This document shows, piece after piece, positions 24,446 through 32,000 of a DNA stretch of 32,000 nt. Origin of the DNA: Nitrososphaerota archaeon. Lineage in GTDB: Archaea; Thermoproteota; Nitrososphaeria; Nitrososphaerales; UBA57. Position numbers and translations under genes: made by a program. The stretch's first letter is position 1; each line of letters opens with the position of its first letter. The stretch covers positions 30,001 to 62,000 of the forward strand of contig VHBL01000003.1 of the NCBI GenBank assembly GCA_016871995.1, given 5' to 3'. Under the pieces are notes generated by a model that saw only the letters and a list, made by a program, of their open reading frames with translations, ran no database searches and was not told where the DNA came from.

Positions 24446-25213
24446 ATGCCGCTCATTTCCGATACACAATACCTGTTCATAAGATCGTTCAAGAAACTGC
24501 TTAGGAATCCGATACTGCTATTCTTCTCTCTATTCCAGCCAATAATCTTCCTTCTCCTATTTACCCAACTGTTCAGTAGGTTTGCCCAAGTGCCTGGCTT
24601 TCCAGCAGAAAGCTACCTTCTCTTTGCCACACCGGGGATAGTCCTGCAGAATTCGTTTGCAAGCGCCTTCCAGTCTGGAATAGCCATGGTAGACGACCTG
24701 AAATCTGGATATCTTGAAAAAATGCTTGTCACGCAGGTCAGCAGACCTGCGATATTTCTTGGAAGGATAGCTACTGATATTGTCAGGACAATTATACAAT
24801 CGCTGATCATCATGGCTATGGCACTCGCGATGGGGGCATCTCCCATAACAGGCTTAGCGGGGTTGCTGCTAATGTTGCTTACGATATCTCTATTTGGTGT
24901 TGCTTGGTCTGGGATTTCCATCTCTCTGGGCCTAAAGACAAAGAATGCAGAGACCGTCTTTGGAATTGGAGGATTTCTGACCTTTCCATTGCTCTTTATG
25001 AGCACGGCTCTTACTCCAGCCAGCTTTATGCCCGACTGGATGCAGACAATCTCACAGCTAAACCCTATCAGTTATACGGTCGACGCCCTGCGCGTCATCA
25101 TGCTGACAGGCTTCGATTTTGGTGTAATCTTGACGGCATTTGCTGTTGTCGGCTCTATAGGCGTTCTGACACTAGGGGCAGCAATATACCAGTTCAGGAA
25201 GATTATCGGCTAA
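24446..25213 (+). CDS. ABC-2 type transporter permease
   Basis: 255 aa with about six hydrophobic helices. It starts 1 nt after the ATPase stop, and the LNPISYTVDALR region is typical of ABC-2 permeases. Confidence 0.85.
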   Translation: MPLISDTQYLFIRSFKKLLRNPILLFFSLFQPIIFLLLFTQLFSRFAQVPGFPAESYLLFATPGIVLQNSFASAFQSGIAMVDDLKSGYLEKMLVTQVSRPAIFLGRIATDIVRTIIQSLIIMAMALAMGASPITGLAGLLLMLLTISLFGVAWSGISISLGLKTKNAETVFGIGGFLTFPLLFMSTALTPASFMPDWMQTISQLNPISYTVDALRVIMLTGFDFGVILTAFAVVGSIGVLTLGAAIYQFRKIIG

Positions 25214-25457
25214 ACAGTTGTTTCTATGCAACTTAGGTACCCCCAGATACAGCTACTAGGATGAGGGCTAGAATTTATGTTCCCGTGTGTAGCCAACATG
25301 TCCCTTGAACTAAAAAACTATAGTAGTTCTTTATTTGACAGTTCATGATATTTAAAACAAAATTCTATTAAGAGAAATTTTGATTTTCAGATTATCCTGT
25401 TCTTTAGTCAACCATACATGTGCAAAAAGTGCCTCCTGAACTAAACTCGAAAGAAGT

Positions 25458-26360
25458 CTATTTGGCATTAGCCAGCTCTGCAACTGTGGAAATGTTGTTC
25501 TTCAAATCTTCGTCGCTGTAGCTATGCCTCTTCTTGTGGGATTCGATGATAAGATCTGGCATCTTCTGATACCTGAGCACGTCTTTGAGAATACTCTTCA
25601 AAGGCACTCTTCCATATCCAACAAGCATGTGCTGATCTTCTGAACCGTCGTTGTCATTGACGTGCATCTCAAATACCCTTCCCGCTATATTATCTATCAA
25701 TTTGCGCTGATAATTTACATCATTTAGTTTCGTCTGGCAGTAGTATACATGACCAGAATTCAAGATCACGCCAATCTTTTTCGGAAGCACAGCAAAATCT
25801 CTCGGGAGAGCGAAAAGGTACCCCCTCTCAGGTCTGTAGTTAAAGTTCTCGATACTAAGTTGGACATCCTTGGCAGCATAATCAAGCAGTTCTTCAATAC
25901 TCCTGAGTGAGTTTGCATATGCAATTTTCAGGGGGATAAGATCAGAGGGCGTGACTGGGGAGAATTCCTCCTCCTGAGTGACGACATCTGTAGCGTATCC
26001 AGCATGAAATGAAAGCACCTTCGCACCTATATCCCTAGCAAAATCAATGCTCCTCTTAAGAGCTTCAACACTATTCTTCCTAGTTTCTTCTATTGAAGAT
26101 GCCAGATTGATATAAAAGTCTCGCGAAGGTAGCCATATGCTCTGGTGAATACTGTATTTAATTCTGTATGAGTTCTTTAGATTAAGGGCTCCCCTGACAA
26201 CTTCCTTGTATTCCGCTTTTGGCTCTGCAGCACCTATCTGGACAAATGGAGGGGATCCAGCCTCCTCGAATATTTCTACGATTTTGTGTATTTTTGTAAG
26301 TATTGGTTCTCCCGCATAGCCGTAGAAGATAGTTGAAACCCCGATCATATATTTGGACAA
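25458..26360 (-). CDS. sugar phosphate isomerase/epimerase, xylose-isomerase-like TIM barrel
   Basis: VLSFHAGY...LSIENF...GVILNSGHVY...EMHVNDNDG matches the conserved metal-ligand pattern (H, E, H, D/E) of AP-endonuclease-2/xylose-isomerase-like TIM barrels. Confidence 0.75.
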   Translation of the reverse strand: MSKYMIGVSTIFYGYAGEPILTKIHKIVEIFEEAGSPPFVQIGAAEPKAEYKEVVRGALNLKNSYRIKYSIHQSIWLPSRDFYINLASSIEETRKNSVEALKRSIDFARDIGAKVLSFHAGYATDVVTQEEEFSPVTPSDLIPLKIAYANSLRSIEELLDYAAKDVQLSIENFNYRPERGYLFALPRDFAVLPKKIGVILNSGHVYYCQTKLNDVNYQRKLIDNIAGRVFEMHVNDNDGSEDQHMLVGYGRVPLKSILKDVLRYQKMPDLIIESHKKRHSYSDEDLKNNISTVAELANAK

Positions 26361-26417
26361 AAAAGTTCACACCCTTATATGTTAGAAGAGTAAAATGCCT
26401 CATATTAGTGTGCTTGC

Positions 26418-27371
26418 ATGGTCAAAATCATCGCAGAGCTCTGCCAGAACCATAAGGGCGATATTGGCACCCTAAAGAAGATGGTATGGGAGGCTGCTGA
26501 AAATGGTGCAACTTACGCGAAAATACAGACAATCTTTGCAGATGACTTGACTAGAAGGGAGAGGTTTGAGGAAGGTACAATAGAGGGAGATGTTGTGAAA
26601 GCTATCAAAAGGCCCTATGAATCAGAATATGCTAGACTAAAGCCGATGGACCTTGACAGAAAGGCTCATGAAATTTTCCTAAAGGAATGCCAAGCTGCTG
26701 GGATAAGACCTCTGACTACAATCTTTGCAAGGGCAAGAATTCCATTTGTGCAAGAGTTGGGCTTCAAGGAAGTCAAAGTTGCTAGCTATGATTGTGCAAG
26801 TTTCCCCATGATACATGAGTTAAAGGAAAGATTCAAACATCTTTACATTTCTACTGGTGCAACTTACGATAACGAAATAGAAAAGACGACAAGGATTCTT
26901 TCTGGGCACAGTTTCTCATTTCTTCACTGCATAACCATTTACCCCACACCTTTGAATCAGCTTAACTTGGCAAGGATGGAGTATTTGAGAAAGTTTGCCA
27001 AAGAAGTCGGTTTTAGCGACCATACTCTTTTCGAGAGGGATGGTTTGAAGGCTTCTATAGCAGCAATATATTATGGTGCCCAAGTCATCGAAAGGCACTT
27101 TACCATACTTGACAAAACGATAACAAAAGACGGCCCAGTTTCTATAAATCCAACGCAGCTAAAAGAACTGGTTGAAACCTCTAAGATGAGCAGGGGCGAA
27201 CTGGAGGGCTATACGCGCAAAAACCTACCAGAGTTCGAGCAGATGATAGGTTTGACATCACGCACGCTTTCTCACGAAGAGCTATTGAACAGGGATTATT
27301 ATAGAGGAAGGTTTGCCAGCAAGGTAAACGGACAAATAATTTACAACTGGGAGGATAGGACGGTCTTTTGA
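26418..27371 (+). CDS. NeuB-family PEP-condensing sugar-acid synthase (sialic/nonulosonic acid synthase-like)
   Basis: IIAELCQNHKGDIGTLKKMVWEAAENGATYAKIQ aligns with NeuB IAEIGxNHNGxxxxAxxMIxxAxxxGADAVKFQ. Also present are ISTGATYDNEIE, LHCITIYPTP, VGFSDHT and GAQVIERHFTILDK. It is 317 aa, and the C-terminal SAF-like region looks short or degenerate. Confidence 0.8.
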   Translation: MVKIIAELCQNHKGDIGTLKKMVWEAAENGATYAKIQTIFADDLTRRERFEEGTIEGDVVKAIKRPYESEYARLKPMDLDRKAHEIFLKECQAAGIRPLTTIFARARIPFVQELGFKEVKVASYDCASFPMIHELKERFKHLYISTGATYDNEIEKTTRILSGHSFSFLHCITIYPTPLNQLNLARMEYLRKFAKEVGFSDHTLFERDGLKASIAAIYYGAQVIERHFTILDKTITKDGPVSINPTQLKELVETSKMSRGELEGYTRKNLPEFEQMIGLTSRTLSHEELLNRDYYRGRFASKVNGQIIYNWEDRTVF

Positions 27372-29368
27372 AAAAACGTGTTCTTGCAATAATACCAGCA
27401 AGGGGAGGCTCCAAATCTATTCCAAAGAAAAACATCAAGGAGATTGCTGGTAAGCCTCTCGTAGCCTTCAGTATAGCCGAAGCATTAAGGGCAAAGACAC
27501 TTTCGAGGGTCATAGTTTCTTCAGACGATGAAGAAATTCTTCAGATAGCAAGAAAATATGGGGCGGAAACTCCATTTATCCGTCCTAAGCGACTTGCAAC
27601 GGACGATGCGCTTGCAATAGACGTTATGGTTCATGCCATAAAAGAGTGTGAAAGGCAGGAAGGCCAAAGATATGATTATGCTCTAATGTTGCAACCTACT
27701 ACACCAATGCGCACGGCAGAAGATATAGATGAAGCACTAGAGAAACTTGTTTCAAGCAACGCAGATTCTGTGATAAGCGTAGTTAACGTTGGAGCCATTC
27801 ACCCACACAGGATGAAGAAGATAGTCAAGGATCAGCTGATAGACTACGCAGATGAAGGTACTGAAAACATGCCGAGGCAGAAGCTTCCTCCTATGTACAT
27901 AAGGAATGGTGCAATTTATGCTGCGAAAAGAGACAGCATAGTCAAATCAAAATCGTTCAAGGGTAAGAAATCCCTAGCATACGTGATGTCTGAAGATAGG
28001 TCTGTAAACATTGACAGTAGCCTTGATTGGGTGTTGGCAGAAACTCTGATGCAGAAGATGGACTGGAGTCATGTGAAACCGAGGAATTCTGTACAGATGC
28101 CTTGGAGTTCATGGTATGGTAACGAACTTCTTGACATAGAGCTTCCTTCAAATTGGAATGTATCAGTTGCAGCAATGAGTGATGCAGTGGAACTCTCCGA
28201 CAATGAAATCAAAAAAGCTCTGGCAAGTCCAATTGCGAGTCCTCGTCTCTCCGAACTTGCAAAGGGCAAGAAAACTGTGTGTATAGCAGTTGACGACCTG
28301 ACAAAGCCTACCGAAACTTTCAGAATACTGCCACCAGTTATTGATGAATTAAGGAAAGGCGGGATAAAGGACAATGACATTTACTTTCTTACCAGCATTG
28401 GCACGCATAGACCTCTAACAAGGGATGACATGGTAAAGAAGCTCGGGAGTGAAACTGTTGGAAAGTTTAGGGTTTACAACCATAACGCTTACCAGAACAA
28501 TGTATTGATAGGCAAAACGAGTTTTGGTACACCTGTAGAAATAGACAGGATATTTTTTGAAGCTGACCTGAAGATAGGAATCGGCACTTTGATGCCGCAT
28601 CCCTATGCTGGTTTTAGCGGCGGAGGCAAGATAGTCATGCCAGGGCTCGCTAGCATAGATTCTGTTGACATCAATCATAAACCTGTTAACGTTTCTTTGC
28701 AGGGGAGGATAGGGCAGGTTGCCGGAAACTCAAGAAGGGGAGATATAGAAGAGGCAGCAAGAATGGCTGGGTTGCACTTCATTGTAAACACACTTTCAAA
28801 TTCAAGAGGCAAGACATGTGCCGCTTTCGCTGGTAGTCCAAAGGAAGCCTTCGCAGAAGCTTCTAGACATGCCTTGAAGGTCTATTCTACAGATGTTCCT
28901 TATGGTATTGATGTTGGGATATTCAACGCTTTCCCGAGAGATACGTGGTTTCTTCTTTCGCTAAATGCGCTTAACGTTTGGGCCTCAAGGGATCCTGACA
29001 AAGAGATCGTAAGGAGAGGAGGCACGATTGTAATTATCAATGCTTGCCCAGAGGGACTAGGGGAGCACGGGCTTGTTGGAAAAGGGATGCGACAGCACGT
29101 GAGGAGGGACAAGCACGGTACATTCAAAGGGCCGCTTGAGGGGAGAAGAGTGATATTCTTCTCACCAAACGTTCATCCATCTCACGTCTATGACCACTAT
29201 CCAGAAGGGGTCTTACTCTTCAATAAATGGGATGATGTTTTAGATGAAATGAAGAAAGAATATGGTAGTGGAACTATGGCCGTCGTTTTTCCATGCGCTC
29301 CATTGCAGATGGATAAGCATGTCATAGTGCAGGAGAATTTACTGGACGACAGAATACTTGTTTCATAG
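27368..29368 (+). CDS. fusion protein: CMP-sugar-acid (acylneuraminate-type) cytidylyltransferase domain plus a LarA/DUF2088 nickel-pincer racemase/epimerase-like domain
   Basis: N-terminal domain: VLAIIPARGGSKSIPKKN, MLQPTTPMR, YIRNGAIY. C-terminal domain: PIASPRLSEL, CIAVDDLTKP, SIGTHRPLT, LMPHPYAGFSGGGKIVMPGLASIDSVDINH. It is a single ORF with no internal stop. The TTG start overlaps the NeuB-like stop (TTGA). Confidence 0.85.
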   Translation: MKKRVLAIIPARGGSKSIPKKNIKEIAGKPLVAFSIAEALRAKTLSRVIVSSDDEEILQIARKYGAETPFIRPKRLATDDALAIDVMVHAIKECERQEGQRYDYALMLQPTTPMRTAEDIDEALEKLVSSNADSVISVVNVGAIHPHRMKKIVKDQLIDYADEGTENMPRQKLPPMYIRNGAIYAAKRDSIVKSKSFKGKKSLAYVMSEDRSVNIDSSLDWVLAETLMQKMDWSHVKPRNSVQMPWSSWYGNELLDIELPSNWNVSVAAMSDAVELSDNEIKKALASPIASPRLSELAKGKKTVCIAVDDLTKPTETFRILPPVIDELRKGGIKDNDIYFLTSIGTHRPLTRDDMVKKLGSETVGKFRVYNHNAYQNNVLIGKTSFGTPVEIDRIFFEADLKIGIGTLMPHPYAGFSGGGKIVMPGLASIDSVDINHKPVNVSLQGRIGQVAGNSRRGDIEEAARMAGLHFIVNTLSNSRGKTCAAFAGSPKEAFAEASRHALKVYSTDVPYGIDVGIFNAFPRDTWFLLSLNALNVWASRDPDKEIVRRGGTIVIINACPEGLGEHGLVGKGMRQHVRRDKHGTFKGPLEGRRVIFFSPNVHPSHVYDHYPEGVLLFNKWDDVLDEMKKEYGSGTMAVVFPCAPLQMDKHVIVQENLLDDRILVS

Positions 29369-29389
29369 CGCCAAATTGAGAGATACATC

Positions 29390-30100
29390 ATGAAGATTGT
29401 CATGCTAGCTGCAGGACGCGGAGAGAGACTCGGGCCGCTGACAGACAAGATACCCAAACCATTGATCGAAGTTGCAGGTAGGCCTATTATAGAACACATC
29501 CTCGACTTGTTGATTAAACTGCCTGATGCAAAGGTCGGGATTGTAGTCGGACATTTGGGCGATCAAATAGTAAAAAGACTTGGCTCTGAATACCGTGGCA
29601 TTAAGATATCTTATATTTTTCAGGAGCAGATACTGGGCACAGGACATGCTACCCTCCTTGCGCGTAAGTTTATTGGTTCAGACCCGTTTGTTCTATATCT
29701 AGCAGACACCTATATTGTTGATGACTTGCAAAAAATAACCAAAAATCTTACCAAAGGGAAAAGTAACAGGATAGTGGTTTCAAGAGTGAGCAAAAATACG
29801 GCACTGAACAGCGGTCAGGTCATTCTCTCTGCTGGTAAAGTTGTGGACATAGTTGAAAAACCAGTTAACCTACTTTCAGATGTCGTAGCTTCGGGTATGT
29901 ACTACTTTTATCCGCAGATTCTTCAATATTTGCAACTGCTCTCTGACGGAAAACCGCTTGAGCTTACTAATGGGATCAGAGAACTTCTGAGACATAAGAA
30001 AGTAGAAGCTGTTTGGGCGAAAGCATTTCTTGACATAGGAACTCCAGCTGGGCTGAAGGCTGCCGATGATTTTCTAAAAGGGAAGATGGTTGCAGAATAG
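29390..30100 (+). CDS. sugar-1-phosphate nucleotidyltransferase, HddC (heptose-1-P guanylyltransferase)-like
   Basis: MKIVMLAAGRGERLGPLTDKIPKPLIEVAGRPIIEHIL is the canonical NTP-transferase N-terminus. At 236 aa it is HddC-sized, and it sits with hddA/gmhA/gmhB. Nucleotide specificity cannot be read from the sequence. Confidence 0.75.
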   Translation: MKIVMLAAGRGERLGPLTDKIPKPLIEVAGRPIIEHILDLLIKLPDAKVGIVVGHLGDQIVKRLGSEYRGIKISYIFQEQILGTGHATLLARKFIGSDPFVLYLADTYIVDDLQKITKNLTKGKSNRIVVSRVSKNTALNSGQVILSAGKVVDIVEKPVNLLSDVVASGMYYFYPQILQYLQLLSDGKPLELTNGIRELLRHKKVEAVWAKAFLDIGTPAGLKAADDFLKGKMVAE

Positions 30101-31085
30101 AATTAAGGTATACGCCCCTCACAGAATAAGCTACTGTGGAGGGGGGACAGACTTTCCATCATTTTACAACCAATATGGCGGTGCCGTCATAAACTGTGCT
30201 ATCAACAGGTTTTCAAAAATCTACGCCAGACCTGAGCGCGGTTCGAATATATTTCTTGAAGCAAAAAGAGTAAACGAAACATACTCGGGAAACATGTTAG
30301 AGGTAAAGAACAAGAATAAGCTTTCCATGCCGCTGAAAGCCATTCTTGACTGGAACCAACCGGTACATATGGTAATCGAGAGCGACGTTCCACCGGGAAG
30401 CGGCCTTGGGTCATCTGGAACATTGGCAGTAAATCTGATTAACACGCTTAACTTTCTGAAAAGAGGCAGCACAATCCAGCCGAGTATTCTTGCCGAACAC
30501 GCTTATCATTTTGAGGCTTATACATTGGGAAAGGCTGTTGGCAAGCAGGATCACTATGCTGCGGCGTTAGGAGGAATGAACTTCATAGAATTTGGTGCGC
30601 AAGGAGTGAAAGTTAGCCGTTTTGCTACAGAAACTGCGATTGAACTGCAGAAAAGGTGCATACTTTTCTATCTTGGGAAGACTAGAATTGCAGACATAAT
30701 TCTGAAAAGGCAGGAAAGAAATGTGGTTCAAAGAAATGAAAGTACGATTGAAGCTTTGAAGGGGATGATAACACTTACCCGCAGAATGAAAAGGTCGATA
30801 GATAAAAGGAATTTTGGAGAAATTGGATCACTACTTGAAGACGCATGGCTGCTAAAGAAAAAGTACACTACAGGTATATCAAACAAATTCATCGACAAGG
30901 TGCATACTAGAGCACTGCGATCTGGGGCTACAGGTGCAAAGGTTACTGGAGCCGGAGGTGGCGGCCATTTCTTCGTCTATGCAGAAGCAGATAGACACAG
31001 AAAAATCATAAGGAACCTTAATGATATAGGGTGCGAACATATACCGTTCAAGGTGTGCGAGAGTGGAGCTTGGGTTGAAAAGTGA
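30090..31085 (+). CDS. hddA: GHMP-family sugar kinase, D-glycero-D-manno-heptose-7-phosphate kinase (HddA)-like
   Basis: APHRISYCGGGTDFPSFYNQYGGAVINCAI (COG2605-type N-terminus), GHMP motif PPGSGLGSSG, and GAKVTGAGGGG. TTG start overlapping the upstream gene by 11 nt. Confidence 0.8.
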   Translation: MQNRIKVYAPHRISYCGGGTDFPSFYNQYGGAVINCAINRFSKIYARPERGSNIFLEAKRVNETYSGNMLEVKNKNKLSMPLKAILDWNQPVHMVIESDVPPGSGLGSSGTLAVNLINTLNFLKRGSTIQPSILAEHAYHFEAYTLGKAVGKQDHYAAALGGMNFIEFGAQGVKVSRFATETAIELQKRCILFYLGKTRIADIILKRQERNVVQRNESTIEALKGMITLTRRMKRSIDKRNFGEIGSLLEDAWLLKKKYTTGISNKFIDKVHTRALRSGATGAKVTGAGGGGHFFVYAEADRHRKIIRNLNDIGCEHIPFKVCESGAWVEK

Positions 31086-31629
31086 AACTAAGAGGTTTCT
31101 GGTAGATTCTAAGAGTGCAATAGATTCCTTCCTAAATAATCCTGCTGTTGAACGATTTATTTCAATTCTGAAAGACGCAAGACAGCGCCGAAAAAACGTG
31201 TTTGTATTCGGTAATGGAGGAAGCTCCGCTACTGCATCGCATTTTGTGTGCGACCTTCTGAAGACATCAATTGTAAAAGGCAAGCCTAGGTTCAAAGCCT
31301 ACTCGCTTACCGATAATGTACCTGTCATGACAGCTTGGTCGAATGACGTCTCTTACAGCGATATCTTTGCAGAGCAGTTGAAGAACTTTCTTGAATCAGG
31401 CGACATAGCGATAGCCATAAGCGGGAGCGGAAACTCTCCAAACGTGCTTAGAGGAACGGAATTTGCAAAAGAAAATGGCGCAGTCACAGTTGGATTGACT
31501 GGCAACTCTGGCAAATTGGCTGGAATGGTTGATATATGTATCAAAGTACCTTCTAGTAATATCCTCCTAATAGAAGGCGCACATTCTGTCCTTTTGCACT
31601 ATGTCACAGAAGTTCTACGAGAAGCATGA
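31063..31629 (+). CDS. gmhA: SIS-domain sedoheptulose-7-phosphate isomerase (GmhA)
   Basis: VFVFGNGGSSATASHFVCDL, ISGSGNSPNV and EGAHSVLLHY. 188 aa. The start may be GTG 31063 or TTG 31075, and both overlap the hddA end. Confidence 0.85.
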   Translation: MELGLKSETKRFLVDSKSAIDSFLNNPAVERFISILKDARQRRKNVFVFGNGGSSATASHFVCDLLKTSIVKGKPRFKAYSLTDNVPVMTAWSNDVSYSDIFAEQLKNFLESGDIAIAISGSGNSPNVLRGTEFAKENGAVTVGLTGNSGKLAGMVDICIKVPSSNILLIEGAHSVLLHYVTEVLREA

Positions 31630-32000
31630 TACCTGCTGTATTCGTGGATAGGGATGGAACTCTAGTAGAACAGAAGGACGGAAGTTACATTTCGTCAATA
31701 AATGAAGTCAAGTTCATAAATCAGAACGTCTATCCGCTTTTAAGCTGGTTCCAGAAGGAAGGCTTCCTTATTATCATAGTTACGAACCAAGCCGGGATAA
31801 ACAAGGGCTTGGTGACTTGGGAGCAGGTACGCAGAGTAAATGACTATGTTGTCAGAGAACTCGACAAGCACAAGGTAAAGGTAACAGATGTTTACACATG
31901 CCCCCACAGAATAGAGGAAAACTGCAACTGTAGGAAGCCTCAGCCCGGCTTGATACTTAGGGCAAGCAGAGAGCACAGAATTGACCTTGCTAACAGTGTG
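31626..32000 (+). CDS. gmhB: HAD-family D,D-heptose-1,7-bisphosphate phosphatase (GmhB), 5' partial (runs off the window end)
   Basis: Not in the ORF track. The ATG at 31626 overlaps the gmhA stop (ATGA). Translation is MIPAVFVDRDGTLVEQKDG...IIVTNQAGINKGL...CPHRIEENCNCRKPQPGLILRA. It carries the DxDGT nucleophile motif and the CxC-RKP-PG zinc/loop motif of GmhB. Confidence 0.8.
   Translation, partial: MIPAVFVDRDGTLVEQKDGSYISSINEVKFINQNVYPLLSWFQKEGFLIIIVTNQAGINKGLVTWEQVRRVNDYVVRELDKHKVKVTDVYTCPHRIEENCNCRKPQPGLILRASREHRIDLANSV

Noticed and set aside
1-32000. Scan of spacers and both strands for tRNA/rRNA genes, CRISPR arrays, transposases, integrases, terminal inverted repeats or recognisable defence genes
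   Set aside because: No T-arm (GGTTCRANNCC) within a cloverleaf context, no rRNA-like conserved blocks, no repeat-spacer periodicity, and no ORF with recombinase, nuclease or defence-system motifs was seen. The window looks like core chromosome plus a glycan-biosynthesis region, not a mobile or defence island.

Overview
Archaeal chromosomal window. The evidence is an archaeal-type uS13-uS4-uS11 block, a TFE-beta/RPC34-like factor, archaeal RNA-modification enzymes, and a mix of leaderless-type TATA spacing and GGAGG-led starts. It has a TACK/Asgard-like flavour, but the exact lineage cannot be called by eye. I found no rRNA, tRNA, CRISPR array, transposase or integrase.

Layout:
- 0-5 kb: information-processing genes. 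These are an eL22-like small protein, a TFE-beta-like factor, a stand-alone Lrp/AsnC RAM-domain protein, KsgA, a HemK/Mtq2-like methyltransferase, a TrmJ-like methyltransferase and a Trm11-like methyltransferase.
- 5-7 kb: unknown membrane or secreted proteins, one apparently split by a frame change.
- 6.8-15 kb: a metabolic block. It has three signal-peptide-less solute-binding-protein-fold genes, then a tight minus-strand TrpB2 / tryptophan 2,3-dioxygenase / metallo-beta-lactamase unit, preceded by a DUF255 thioredoxin-domain protein.
- 15.3-16.8 kb: uS13-uS4-uS11, ending abruptly against a convergent wHTH regulator.
- 17.8-20.2 kb: a membrane-anchored PQQ-type beta-propeller with a 13 x 12-nt coding tandem repeat.
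- 20.5-32 kb: an envelope-glycan region. It contains glmS, a cupin, an ABC-2 exporter, a TIM-barrel sugar isomerase, and a tightly overlapping operon: NeuB-like synthase, a CMP-sugar-acid cytidylyltransferase fused to an apparently intact LarA-type nickel-pincer racemase/epimerase domain, and a complete GDP-heptose-type pathway (HddC, HddA, GmhA, GmhB).

The cytidylyltransferase-LarA fusion and its operon, and the TrpB2-TDO-MBL unit, are the best candidates for undescribed biology. All family assignments come from motif recognition by eye and need profile searches.
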